Shown here: positions 29,946 to 45,479 of the stretch, in pieces
How the letters are laid out: the number at the start of each line of letters is the position of its first letter
How positions within the stretch are numbered: the first letter of the stretch is position 1
Assembly: GCA_964016885.1 (NCBI GenBank)
Contig: OZ024746.1
Coordinates: 15,438,001-15,502,000, forward strand
DNA from: Eledone cirrhosa
Taxonomy: Eukaryota
Direction of reading: 5' to 3'
DNA: 64,000 bases
Translations under genes and position numbers: made by a program
Notes under the pieces: model-generated
What the model was told of the DNA's origin: nothing
What the model saw: the letters and a program-made list of their open reading frames with translations, nothing else
Database searches by the model: none

Positions 29946-30534
29946 TATGCCAATCATTGTAAGTTTGAGAGAGGAGGGGGAGAAATGAGGTGCAACAGAA
30001 ATGAAACATTAATTACAAGTTAAAATATAGTCTAGATAAGTGAAAAACAAAACGAGGATGTAGTTTATGGAACACCCAAATGATTTAGACGTCGACCTTA
30101 AGTAAGAGGAATAACATTAAGAAAGGCATGAACGACACCACATGATTTTGTTTTGAAAATTTTCAAAGTAGGTTTATAAGTATGGAGTTTCAGTAGACTG
30201 CTGTAGCTGTCTCAGTGGACTAGAGGGTAGGTACTAGAGGGAGTGAAGATCCTGGTCTTGGGTTCAATCCTGGTTGAGAGGTACTTGTAATCTTTTTCAA
30301 TTTTTATTTTCCATCCCATAGAAAAAAACTGAAAAGGTTTACCAGGAACCCTGCTCCCGACCAGGATCGAACTTCGGACCAGTATCACCGCCGAAACAGC
30401 TACAAATGTATAATGAAAATTAATAACTATAAACTTACTTTCAAAATCAAAGTTAAAAAGATGTGGTGCTCTCCGAGGGCTATTAGTCATATTTAGGGTC
30501 GACTTGTCAATCTTCTGGCTCTTTGGTAACAACC

Positions 30535-30905
30535 TTATTATTTTCGTGAGGCCTGGACCCTATACCACCGAGTTTTGTTACTGTTAGAAAAATCCCAGCA
30601 ACCCAAACCACGCCACATACTTGGAAATAACACATTATAAACAACGAGAGGTTCTTAAGAGATTCTCCTGTTAGCATTGAGATTACAATACTCTGCCATC
30701 AACTGCGCTGGACAGGACATACTGACAGAATGGGTCATACTAGATTGCCATGAGCCATACTCTTTGGAAGACTTCTAATGGCAAAAGGCCTCGCAGTGCA
30801 CTGAAGTGGAGCTTCCAGTATCGACTCAAGTCATCTTTGATCCAAGCAGAAATTAATCCAGATGTTACGCATGAGGCAACAGTGAATCGTAAAATTTGGA
30901 GTTGA
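30535..30905 (+). pseudogene. Decayed RTE-clade LINE fragment (post-RT region)
   Basis: Translates with breaks as EAWTLY...RHILG...QLRWTGHTDRMGHTRLP*AILFG...GKRPR, homologous to QLRWTSHLVSMNDKRMPKQLLYGEL.MGKR in the 43-kb RTE. Confidence 0.75.
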
Positions 30906-31203
30906 GTCATCTTTGAAGGTACTAATACTTTTGAAAACCAACGAAAAATCCATGATAATCAATGATAAACTGAAAGAGAAGTGAAGATTAAACGAATCAT
31001 GCCTTCTCCCTAGACTCTTGTGTAACATATTCCAACAGCTATTCCATGGCAGACTTAGGACTGTCCAGCCATGCTCTCTTCCTCATAAGTTATAGAGTAA
31101 CATATACCATTGTCTAATCCATAGCAATTTAGGGTTGTCCAGTCATAGCAACCACATAAACTAAATCTAGAAACAACCAAGCCGAGGTAGCGCCGACAAT
31201 ATA

Positions 31204-31286
<83 letters not shown>

Positions 31287-31288
31287 AC

Positions 31289-31485
31289 GTTTAATATAAA
31301 AATGGTTTCTACAGGACTAGAACTGTTTCATTCAAAAGAAATCCCGAGGAAGGGCTTTCCTGGCGATTTCTTTTGAACGAAACAGCTCTAGTCCTGTAGA
31401 AGCAATTTCTATATTAAACATGATGTTTACACTCTACTGATGTATTGAGTACCTTACTAACTCTGGTTACCCCCGATTGAACCTG
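31289..31485 (+). mobile_element. Fold-back element with hammerhead-like motif (31356-31402) and GTATTGAGTAC tail
   Basis: Arms 31289-31343 and 31366-31419; tttc-CTGGCGA-tttc-tttt-gaac-GAAA-cag-ctctagtc-ctg-TA-gaag. Confidence 0.7.
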
Positions 31486-31692
31486 AGACTCACACACACA
31501 CACACACACGTATATATATATATGATTATATTTCATTCTTCACCAACGTATATACCTGCTGCATGAGATACATTTGAAAGTGACGTACTAACACACCATA
31601 CTGGAGCAACGAAATTTAAATTAAAAGAAAATACACTGTTATTGATGAGGAAAATGTACCTGAACCTTTATATAACGACAGTACAGATATAG

Positions 31693-31797
<105 letters not shown>

Positions 31798-32433
31798 AGT
31801 ACGTGGTGAGGATATTTGCCTACATCCAAATACATCTAACAACATCAAGGATTTAGAAGCAACCAAACCGTAACACTAGCATTATCCAGATATTTTCCTT
31901 TGCTCTTACTCACCCTATAACTCAAGCTTTCCCCTTCACACCTACACACTTTCCCTAACATAACCGTCCTTCATTCTTCCCGTGTCCCCACCCACATCTA
32001 ATGTTTCTTTTTTTCTCGCCCCTTTTGAAGGAGTGTAAGTTCTAAAAGACAACAGATACCCTTCGATGTTTCGTGTCAGTTGTGTTGCGTTTGACCTAGA
32101 AAAGGGAACTGCTCAAATAGTCAGCACATGTGAGAAGGTCGGTCCCTGAAAAAAGTTAAGTACATATATACGTACACCCCCCACGCAAACACGCAAACAA
32201 ACAGATATGTGTATGCACGGGTGGAAGTAGGTATATAGGTGTCCGATAAAGAAGAAGAAAAAAAATATTTTTGTTTTATTTTCTGGCTGTACTGGATTCA
32301 CCGAGAGTCTAAAGATAGTATCCACCGAGTTCCGCCAATACAGGGTCAGGAGGATTGTCTGAACTGAACCGAATCCGATACGCTACTGGAAGGTAGATAG
32401 GGATGTTGGCATATATATATATATATACGTGTC

Positions 32434-32486
<53 letters not shown>

Positions 32487-32966
32487 GAGAGAAAGAGAAA
32501 GAGTGTGTGTGGAGAGGGGAGGAGAGGGAGAGGAAATGAGTGAGTTTTCCAACCCTGATTCTAGTTAATAAAAGACCGGTTTTATATGCGTGAGAACACA
32601 CATCCTCGCACATTTCAGTTGGATGTATGTGTGTGAGTGTGTGAGTGGAGAGTGAAAGAGAGAAAAACAGAGGGATAGAGAAACTAAGTATATAGGGATA
32701 GGATTCCGTGTTCGTACGGACTTCTTTCCCACAGTCCTAGCACCGACTACCTGTTGAGCTGTTGTGCACTCTCAGTGAATAAATAAATATTTCGCCTAAA
32801 TGAACTAAAAGTGTACTGCCTAGATTCATGTACGCCTATATACTCTACAGCTCTTATATAAACTATATAGCTTTCCCAAGTTATATCCGTTGAATAAGGC
32901 TTCTATGTATTTAAGTATGCATGTGTGTGTTTGTGTGTTTGTGAATATGTATACACACACACACAC

Positions 32967-32999
<33 letters not shown>

Positions 33000-33004
33000 T
33001 ATAA

Positions 33005-33201
33005 GAGAAAGTATGACCCCGACGGCAGAGCCCAAGCCGTTTCGACGGCTATTTCTGGATTAGTCCAGAAATAGCCGTCGAAACGGCTTGAGCTCTGCCG
33101 TCGGGGGTCATACTTTCTCCTATTACCCACTCTACTACCCTAAGTATTGAGTACTCTGGTGCGTTATGGTCCATCGGGTTCCGTACCACAACTCCTTCGT
33201 T
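33005..33201 (+). mobile_element. GACCCCGACGGC fold-back family copy plus tail
   Basis: Inverted arms of ~55 bp; the right arm is GAAA-cggc..gagctc..gccg-TC-gggg; ~80-bp tail ending in (TA)n. Confidence 0.85.
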
Positions 33202-33292
33202 ATATATATATATATATATATATATATAAGAAAATTTTCGCGCTACATGGCTGAATACAATAAATGTAATCTGAGTTTTTCGAATATTAATA

Positions 33293-33478
33293 ATTGTTTC
33301 TACTTTAGGCAGAAGGCCAGCAATTATCCCAGTACATTACTGGTACTTTATTTTATCGACCCCGTAAGGATGAAAGACAAAGTTAACCTCGGCGGGATTT
33401 GAACTGAGAATCGCAAGGGCCGTAGCTCTATGCGTCAAAGCATGGTGTACGACCCTCTACCGATACTGCCAATCCACC
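33293..33478 (-). mobile_element. SINE family A copy inside an inverted repeat
   Basis: Reverse complement of 14886-15076. Confidence 0.85.
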
Positions 33479-33746
33479 TTCGATTCGTTAATTGCAAACG
33501 AATCGAATATTATTAATATTCGAAAAACTCAGATACATTTATATATATAAATATATATACAAAATAAACAAGAAAGACAGTTTCATTTCTACATCCTTAT
33601 TTATTTTGTTATATGTATTTCAAAGGCATATGACAGTTGTATAACACCTGCCCTACGTGTTCTCTTCAGACAAAGCTCCAAACGAGATGTAAATATCCAT
33701 TGATATGTTACCGGTCATTCGTGTTATTCCCTTCGCCGACCAGTAA

Positions 33747-33821
<75 letters not shown>

Positions 33822-34116
33822 GGAGAGCGGGTGAGAGAGAGAGAGAGTGCGAGAGATAGAGAGCGAGAGAGAGAGAGAGAGAGAGAGTGAGAGAGAGAGA
33901 GAGAGATCGAACCTTGAGCTGATCAATACCGAAGCGCGCGTCACCAATCAATAAACGTAATGAAGACTTAACAAATCGTCCTTGTGTTATTATATTACAC
34001 TCTGTCTAGCTCTACACCTCGCTACTGACGTGAACCTAAACATTGAGTACTCACAGGGTGAACCTACCGTAACTTCATGTTACACTCCCTGGATATATAT
34101 ATATATATATATATAT

Positions 34117-34281
34117 GAAAAAGTATGACCCCCGACGGCAGAGCTCAAGCCGTTTCGACGGTCCAGAAATAGGCGTCGAAACGGCTTGAGCTCTGCCGTT
34201 CCTATTTCCCACTCTACTACCCTAAGTATTGAGTACTCTGGTGCGTTATGGTCTATTTGGTTCCTTACCACAATTCCTTTG

Positions 34282-34283
<2 letters not shown>
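34117..34283 (+). mobile_element. GACCCCGACGGC fold-back family copy plus tail
   Basis: Same architecture as 33005 with small deletions; (TA)n on both sides. Confidence 0.85.
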
Positions 34284-34365
<82 letters not shown>

Positions 34366-34410
34366 GTGTGTATATATATATATATATATGTGTGTATATA
34401 TATATATATA

Positions 34411-34457
<47 letters not shown>

Positions 34458-34468
34458 ATATATATATA

Positions 34469-34553
<85 letters not shown>

Positions 34554-34592
34554 GTGTATATATATATATATATATGTGTGTATATATATATA

Positions 34593-34625
<33 letters not shown>

Positions 34626-34648
34626 GTGTGTATATATATATATAGATA

Positions 34649-34742
<94 letters not shown>

Positions 34743-35499
34743 TACATGTATATACATATAAATACATATATACATATACATATAAATACATATATATATA
34801 CATATAATATATATAGTTATAAACTCAAATAGTCTTTTACTATTAAATAGCTCAAAGAAAGGAATATTTCTGAGCCGTGTAATACAAATGAATATATGAG
34901 AGGGATAAACACTGATACAAGTATACATGTGTTTGCATTGCAAATGACCAAGTTAGCTAGATTGAAAAATACTAGTTAAAATAATACGGTTTGCCTGTCT
35001 CGATTTAAAATAATAAATCAATAAACAAACCTATATTGGCAATAGCCGTGATACCTGGACAAATTATATATTTTAAATTTGTTTCGCAACAATTAAGTAA
35101 AAGTTCCTATATCCTGTGCTCTTCTGCAGGTATCCAGAAATTGGTAAGTTTCACTTCAAAATACTTAAGAAGACTGAGAGAAATGTATTGTTGAACGCAC
35201 ATGTGTCACAGCGCCTAGCTCGTCCTATACTCGTGCCGCTAAAAATAGCAGCCGGTTTTATGGGACTAAAAAATTAGCTCTACGTATGGAGCCGAGAATA
35301 TTATATATAGAGTTATAAACTCAAATAGTCTTTTACAATTAAATAGCTCAAAGAAAGGAATATTTCCGAGCCGTATACTTGTATCAGTGTTTGTATACTT
35401 GTATCAGTGTTTATCCCTATCATATATTCATTTGTATATATATATACATATAAATACATATATATATATGCATATATATGCATATATATACATATATAC

Positions 35500-35537
<38 letters not shown>

Positions 35538-35559
35538 GCATATATATACATATATACAT

Positions 35560-35685
<126 letters not shown>

Positions 35686-35689
35686 ATAC

Positions 35690-35720
<31 letters not shown>

Positions 35721-35730
35721 TATGCATATC

Positions 35731-36010
35731 GTGGCTGCCAACTCGTTTTCGAGTACGGCCACTACTTTATATCCATGTAGGAGAACCCCTATCGATGCGC
35801 TGAAGGAGTGTGATTTTTAGTCCAGCCAGCGACTTGAAAACTCTGGTACAAACACTACACTTGTGACAATTATTGACACATAGTGCTGGGCCCATGGTAC
35901 CATGTGACGACAAGTGCAGAGAGATCTCCAGATATAAAGCAATGCCTGTGCCGTGAAGCTTTTATAGTGAGGAAAGGCACTGCACAAAGCCAGTCCCACT
36001 CTCTTAACCA
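35731..36010 (-). mobile_element. 5'-truncated non-autonomous RTE derivative
   Basis: Shares ~180 bp with the RTE 3' end (42481-42665) and ~280 bp with 39107-39386. Confidence 0.85.
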
Positions 36011-36143
36011 AAATGATATTTACCGCGTACTCGCAGCATCACTATGGAAACGCCTTGTTGAGTCAAACTTAGCCAAGCGTTGATATCATCCACTACTCGA
36101 AGTACCATAGCTGGACTACCTATAACAATAATCTGTTACCCCG

Positions 36144-36785
<642 letters not shown>

Positions 36786-38084
36786 TATATATATATATAT
36801 ATATATATAAGATCAAAAGGTGGTTAAAATAGTTCCAAGTATTTTATTATGCGAAGTTGTATGTTAGAAACCTGATTTTTATACGGTAGTAAAAATGATA
36901 ATGTTTGCATGAATTTGAAATATATATATATATATATATTTATACTACCGTAAAAAATCAGGTTTCTAACATACAACTTCAGTCCAAATGGAGAGGGATA
37001 AACCGTATGGAAGGTGACTGGGGCGTGGTTAAAAGAGGGATGGATTCAATGTAAAGTGACAATATGTAAACAGCTCTAACGTTTGAGCTAACGATCAGAT
37101 ACAATCTTGTTTGCTTTCAAATGCTCTGAAATCGTATTTACAATTATTTTATCTATATATCTCTATAATTTACTGCCTGTATTTATGATGTCAGCATAAA
37201 GTCTTTAACATTAGATTATTTAAGAGATAATTAAAAGGAGACCAAAGAACAAAATATTCCATCAAATATAAAATCAAAAAAAAGTTTATGTAATAATATA
37301 TACATGGATTATAACGACCACGCCCTCAAATCATCAAAGACTCCAAACAGCCAACGTTTAAGCAAAGATTAAATGAATGAAATGAAAGTGTTGATTGGTA
37401 TCACTAGAAAGTCTACCATGTTAGAGCAGTGGTTTGTGTATGGTCTTCAGAGTAGTCATCCTATCCAATCCGAACCAATCAAGGGCCTTCTTACTTCAGC
37501 TGAAGGAACCCCCATCCTCCCTGTTTGTACTGGGTTATACGGTACCAGTAGCAGGCAGAAACCTGACCTGACCTGACCAAAGATTAGCCATACTGTAGAG
37601 CAATTCAGTGAAAATATTGAAGGAGCAGCTGATGCCAAAAATAAGCCAAACTCTTCTTATAAATATTCTCTACTGCTAATTGTTCTTTTCCTTTGTTTCC
37701 ATCCAAACTTGTATTGCACCTTTTACTATAGCCTTTGTCTTAATTCATTCACAAAAGACTAAAAATTAAAGTCTAAATCTGTCTCAAGTCAGGTATCTCA
37801 TTAGACCGGAGCTTATCCCGGCTTCCCTGGCGTTAAACGACAGGGAGTACATGGCTCTCGCCCCCCCCCCCCCCCCCCTCCCCCTACCTATACAGGGCTC
37901 CAGCCCATCGCAAGGTCTGTCTCGAGCCCGGAAGCTCATCGAGTCAGTACTTATCCTGGTTTCCACGGCGTTAAACTTCCACATTTCTATCAAAATGTGG
38001 AAATTTAGAGCCATCCTCATTTTTCTTATTGATCAGGTATTTAAAAGCTATCACATATTCCTCGTTATAACTAATATGTATCCT

Positions 38085-38625
38085 ACGTGATATATCTATC
38101 ACAGCTCCAGATGTAGTATGTGATATATCTACCACAGGTCCAGATGTAGTATGTGATATGTCTACCATAGGTCCAGATGTAGTATTTGATATATCTACCA
38201 TAGGTCCAGATGTAGTATGTAATATATCTACCACAGCTCCAGATGTGGTATGTGACATATCTACCACAGGTCCACTAGATATCTCCTGTGATATATCTAC
38301 CACAGCTCCACTAGATATCTCCTGTGATATATCTACCACAGCTCCACTAGATATCATCTGTGATATATATACCACAGCTTCACTAAATATCTCCTGTGAT
38401 ATATCTACCACAGCTCCATTAGATAAATCCTGTGATATATCTACCACAGGTTCAGTTGATATCTTCTGTGATATATCTACCACTGGTCCAGTTGATATCT
38501 CCTGTTTCCACGGCGTTAAACTTCCACATTTCTATCAAAATGTGGTAATTTAGCTCCAGATGTGGTATGTGATATATCAACCACAGCTCCAGTAGATATC
38601 TCCTGTGATATATCTACTATAGGTT
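38085..38625. repeat. 30/33-bp minisatellite
   Basis: tgtgatatatctaccacagctccagatgtagta and ...ccactagatatctcc units. The 170-aa minus ORF is a by-product. Confidence 0.88.
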
Positions 38626-38820
38626 CAGGCGATATTAGTCTTCCTGTCGCTGCTTTTGATATCCTTTAGCTTGCTAGAAATGTAGCCATGCATATCTTTG
38701 TGCAGATATGACGAGGTTTTTCCCCAGGTTTCGATTCAAAGTAGGTTAGTCCACATGCACTATTTGTATGTTTGTATGTATGTACGTATGTATGTATGTA
38801 TGTATGTATGTATGTATGTA

Positions 38821-39386
38821 TCCCAGTACAACCTGTCCCATGGTCGGGTCGTTGGCGACTAAACTGGCAACCCCACCAAGGTTTCTTGGTGAGGAGGGTG
38901 ACTTTGGACATCCTGCAGGACTAAAAACAAAACCTGGCAAAGGAGCTCTTAAGAGTCAATGGCCATCCAAAATCACCGGGAGAGATGACCCCTTAGCCTT
39001 TGTCAAGGCAGAATTCTAAGAGAAGGAAAACTCTGATATAACACCTGCAACCCTGATGGTATCCAATGATGTTGACTTATTCTTCTTTTTGGTAAATATC
39101 ATCTTGGGTTAAGAGAGTGGGACTGGCTTTGTGCAGTGCCTTTGCTCACTATAAAAGCTTCACGGCACAGGCATTGCTTTATATCTGGAGATCTCTCTAC
39201 ACTTGTCGTCACATGGTACCAAAGGCCCAACACTATGTGTCAATAATTGTCACAGGTGTAGTGTTTGTACCAAAGTTTTCAAGTCGCTGGCTGGACTAAA
39301 AGTCACACTTGTTTAGCGCATCGGTAGGGGTTCTCCTACATGGATATAAAGTAGTGGCCGTACTCGAAAACGAGTTGGCAGCCACC
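38821..39386 (+). mobile_element. Internally deleted RTE derivative (RTE-like 5' UTR fused to RTE 3' end)
   Basis: The 3' ~180 bp match the RTE 3' end; the 5' part has aaggcag..ctaagagaaggaaaactctgatataa, recalled as typical of RTE 5' UTRs; flanked by (TATG)n. Confidence 0.7.
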
Positions 39387-40367
39387 ATACGTATGTATAT
39401 ATCTATATAGCTATGTTTGCATATATACATACGTATTTATGTATGTATATACGTATGTATATATATGTATGTATCTATCTACCTATGTGCGAATGTAAAT
39501 TTGTATGCATACATGTATGCATGCATTTATCCATGTACATGTATGTAAGTACGTACGTACGTAAGTAAGTATGTAAGCATGTGTGTATATATGTAGGTAT
39601 ATAATATGTTTGTATTAACGTAAAAGTGTATATTGATTTGTTTTGTTAGTTTTTATGTGTGTGTGGAGGAAGGGTGGGTAAGAAGTCTCATATAATCAAG
39701 ACATACCCAGAATGCAGAGCTAAAATTAAATGGAGTAATATTCCCACAAACATACATACACATGTATTAATCGTAAACACACATAAATATGTATTAAACA
39801 TAAACATCCACATACACAAGTGGCAAACTTAAACACACATATACACACGCGAGTTGTAAACATAAACACATACACACATACACACACACACGAGTTGTAA
39901 ACAAACACACATACACACATGAGTTATAAGCATAAACATTCATACAGACACACACGAGTTGTAAACATAAACACACATGCAAGGATATTAAATAAACATA
40001 CACATATAAATGTTAAACATAAACAGACATTACATGTGTAATAAACACACACACAAGGGCTAAACATAAACACACATACACAAGTGTTTAACGCAAACAC
40101 ATATACATATATGTTAAATATAAACACACACATACATGTGTGTGTAAGTGTTAAACATAAGTACACATACATGGACATTAAACATAAACACATACATATT
40201 CATGTATATTAAATATAAACACATACATATATATATTACTAAATATAAACATATACATATATATTGAACATATACATATAAATTAAATATAAACACATTC
40301 ATATATTAAACATAAACAAACATACATATATACTAAATATAAACACATACATATATACTAAATATAA

Positions 40368-40465
<98 letters not shown>

Positions 40466-41190
40466 CAAACACGCATATATACAAATATAACACATATATA
40501 TTAAATATAAACACATACATATATATTAAGCATAAACACAGACACACAGATATATATATATATATATATATACAAATATAAACACACATACATATATACT
40601 AAATATAAACACACACACATATATATATATATATTAAAAATAAACACGCATATATACAAATATAACAAATATATATTTAAAATAAACACATACACATATA
40701 TTAAGCATAAACACAGACAAACAAACATACATATATATATATACAAATATAAACACACATACATATATACAAAATATAAACACATACATATATATTAAAC
40801 ATAAACACACACACGTGTCTGTGCTAAACATAAAAAACACATAATTAAAGCCAACAGACTGAAGCCAATTGAAGTTCTATTCTCGCGCCATCTTCATTTA
40901 ATAATACCTGTTTTTCAGTACATGGGGGGGGGGGGGTAAACCCACCCACCAACCCCCACCACTAGATTACACCAGAGGTGTGTAGAATGTAAGAGAGCGA
41001 AATAGTGTATAATATACTAGTAAAAGATTCTCAGCTGATTGTTATTAATACATAACTATACTGAAGTACAAATACAAACTATGTTCCCTCATTTATATTT
41101 AGTTTAATATACGAACCTGAGATTGCTAAACCCTTTCATATTGACTTTTCCATCAGTTTTAACAGCTAGGGGCATGTGTATCACACATAC

Positions 41191-41828
<638 letters not shown>

Positions 41829-41841
41829 TATATATATATAT

Positions 41842-41939
41842 AGGAAAAGAGTCAGGACCCCGACGGCTGAGCTCCGGCCGTTTCGACAGCTAGATCCGGA
41901 ATGGCCGGAGCTCAGCCGTCGGGGTCCTGACTCTTTTTG
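41842..41939. mobile_element. GACCCCGACGGC fold-back family copy
   Basis: aaaagagtcaggaccccgacggctgagctccggcc mirrored by ggccggagctcagccgtcggggtcctgactctttt. Confidence 0.82.
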
Positions 41940-41996
<57 letters not shown>

Positions 41997-42196
41997 AATT
42001 CGAATTTTATTTCTCGCCCTAGCACAGCTGATACATAAATGTAAATATGCGAATGTACACTCATTGTGTACAATGTTCCTCAAAACCAGTGTTGAACAAA
42101 CATGTGACGGACGGTGACCGGCGCAGCTTCAAATCGGGCCGTTTGTTTATAAACCGCCCGATTATTATTAATGTTCGATATAACCTATATGTAGCA

Positions 42197-42244
<48 letters not shown>

Positions 42245-42271
42245 AACTCTCTCTCTCTATATATATACATA

Positions 42272-42420
42272 TAGGTGGAGCTCCGATGGGTATCGAGAGG
42301 TGGCCACAGCTAAAAAAGGTACTCAATACGTTACGACAGTATAGACATCTTTATTTTATATAGAAATGACTTCAACAGGACTAGAACTGTTACATTCGCA
42401 TGAAATCATCAGGGATGTTG
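42272..42420 (-). mobile_element. Non-palindromic relative of the 31289 element with a degenerate hammerhead
   Basis: Minus strand reads cc-CTGATGA-tttc-atgc-gaat-GTAA-cag-ttctagtc-ctg-TT-gaag...gtattgagtacc. Confidence 0.65.
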
Positions 42421-42436
42421 TAAGTATATGTTTGTA

Positions 42437-42479
<43 letters not shown>

Positions 42480-42481
<2 letters not shown>

Positions 42482-43990
42482 AGCCTGCCAACTCGTTTTC
42501 GAGTACGGCCACTACTTTATATCCATGTAGGAGAACCCCTACCGATGCGCTGAACGAGTGTGGCTTTTTAGTCCAGCCAGCGACTTGAAAACTCTGGTAC
42601 CAACACTACACATGTGACAATTATTGACACCTAGTGCTGGGCCCATGGCACCATGTGACCCAAGGCGTCGTGTGAGATCACTACTCGACCTGCATACCCT
42701 TCCACAAACATCACATGTCTTCGTCTGATGAACACTTATAGCTCCACAGGTGCCTGCTTCCCTGTTCTTGTGCACTCTCAGGTGACTTTTTAGAACTGCC
42801 ATGCTCAGACAAACCCTATTACAGGTCTCACATGTCAGGTCAGGCCGTCTGTCAGTGCCTTCGGGAAGGCCAACATGGATTCCTTTCCGGACATCTCTTT
42901 TTAGTGTCGCGTGCCTTCTTCTTGTTTCCTCAAATAGACTCTTGCCACTAGCCACTGCTTTCCTCCAATGAAATCGGTCGCTAGCGCATGCTTCCCAATG
43001 CTCACAAGGGATGTTACTTTTCTTGAGCGCCCCCATGATGCAGTCCTTAAAACGCATCTTGGGTTTGCTCGCGTTCCTTTTTCCCATTTGGAGCTCGCCA
43101 TAAAGCAGCTGCTTCGGCATTCGCTTGTCATTCATGCTTACAAGATGGCTTGTCCAGCGCAGCTGATGTTTCAAAATCAAGGACTCGACACTATCACATC
43201 CACTTCTGTCCAGAACCTCGGCGCCACTGACAAACATTTGCCAAGTTATGCCGAGGATCCGACGTAAGCAGTACTGGTGGAACATCTTAAGTCGCTTCAT
43301 CTGTCTACGGTAGACCACCCTCGTCTCACAAGCATAAAAAGTGCCGCGAGCACACACGCATGATACTCTTTGAGCTTTGTCTTTACCGAAATTCCGTGTT
43401 AAGACCAGAGACACTTGTTCAGTTTTCTAAAAGCATCACTGGCTTTCTGTATCCTGTTTGATATTTTCCCATCAAGATCGCAGGACATACTCAGCGTGCT
43501 TCCAAGATATACAAAACTGCCAACGACCCTTAGCCGTTCACCATAAACCAAGATGTTGGGCTCACAACATGGCTTCCCAGGGGCTGGTTGGTACATGGCT
43601 ACTGTCTTTTTCAGGCTTATGGTAAGTCCCAATGCAGTACACGCATTAGAAAATGCATCCATGAGATGCTGCATATCAATCTCAGTGTGCGCTACCAGGT
43701 CACAATCATCTGCATAAAGCAAATCCCTGATTAGTGACAAGTGAACCTTTGACTTAGCATTGAACCTCCTGATATTAAACAGCTTTCCAGTTGATCGATA
43801 GCGAACATATACACCATGATTGCAGTTCCCGAAGGCCTGTTCGAAGACAATGGAGAAGTACAAAGCAAAGAGCGTTGGAGCTGGAATGTCACCCTGTTTG
43901 ACTCCATTCTCGACCGTAACCGGCTCAGAGAGCTTTCCACCAACATTTACCCATGCCTTCATGTCATCATGGAACAAACGCAAAATGGAA
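42480..43990 (-). mobile_element. 5'-truncated RTE-clade LINE (RT C-terminal half plus three C2H2-like fingers), frameshifted near 43400
   Basis: GVKQGDIPAPTLF, LLYADD, FVYLGS, YACET, QLRWTSH motifs; CETC..KSHLRVH, CDVC..LGSH and CHMC..KSHTRSAH; (TA)n on both sides. Confidence 0.93.
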
Positions 43991-44508
43991 ACAAACTGCT
44001 ATATATATATATATATATATACATACATACATACATACAGCGAGAAAGAGAAAGAGAGAGAGAAAATAGTGATAGACAGACACAAATGCATCTACACACA
44101 CACAAAAAGACACTTTCATTGACATAGCCTCACGCACACTCAACCCTCCCCCCCTATCCCCCCGCCCCTCTCAATCAATCAACTCAACTCAATTCAAAGA
44201 CGACGACACGGCTAGAAACCATACAACATCAATTTTGTAAAGTCTGTAATGTGCAATATATACAGTATAAATATACTCCCACACATAGATATACGCACAC
44301 CTTCCAACTGACATACACATACACACCTTCCAACTGACATACACACATACACACCTTCCGACTGACACACACACATACACACCTTCCGACTGACACACAC
44401 ACACATACACACCTTTCATCCCCCTCTGATTTCCAACCTCTGAATGAAAGAAAACCTTAAAGTGCCACTGTCGCAAATGTTGCAATTGGGTATTTTACCA
44501 ACACTTAT

Positions 44509-44573
<65 letters not shown>

Positions 44574-45479
44574 TAGGTGTGTGTATACTTTGTTGATTTC
44601 ACGAGTTTCTTATTGTCCTTAGTAAAAGAAAACCCCTAACAAAGATTTCTCCCTGTTGACCCCTTCAGATGATCTTTCACAGCTTCCGCAAATTTTATGG
44701 TAGATGTTGTTTTAAGTGCTTAGGACATAAAACGATGGTTGGATAACATCCATTAGCTGGGCTGGTCTCGCTTGGTGAGGGCTGCTTCTGACGGGACCCG
44801 CTGTAAGGAGTGTTTGAGGACCCTGCCCCATGACCCTCTCAGGAATATAAGGGAGAAGCAGCTGCAGAAGAAGGGTATAAAACTGCCCGTTTCGATATAT
44901 TTATCCGTTTCGATCGATTTCAAATATAATAGAACGGAACCGAGCGGAATGGATCGCCGTCTATTTCGACGATGAATGTTAGAGTTATCTGATCAACTGA
45001 ACAACCTGTACGTGGCTGAGCATTTCACAGACATGTGTACCCCAAACGGAATTTTCAGAGATATTCAACATGATACGATGTAGGACGAGGCTGGCCCTCT
45101 AATTACAGGAACATCCCATTAAACAGGCTTTGGACCTTCCTCGATTAGACGATGAATGTTCCATTTGATTCAATCAACAGAACAACAGCTTGCTCGTGAA
45201 ATTAACGTATAAATGACTGATCATTCCACTAACACGTGTACCTTAATGTAATCTTCAGGGTGATCCAGCGTGACAGTAAGAAAGCTGGATCACTTGAATT
45301 ATAGATACAGTCGACGGGCTTCCAAGCAGTTTCTGTCTACCAACTCTTCAAACATCTCAGTGGGAACTTTTATCCGTCTGTTCATTTTCCTGCCTTTTCC
45401 ATATATTCCTTCCACAACTTCCTACATTGTCTTTTGTTTATCTTACCGTCCCTCCACTGTTGATATGAAGGATCTCGTC

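Noticed and set aside
30205-30290. tRNA-like sequence (A/B boxes)
   Set aside because: No convincing cloverleaf; more likely a SINE head remnant.
37971-38483. VVDISHTTSG repeat protein
   Set aside because: Arises from a 30/33-bp minisatellite, with no splice or domain support.
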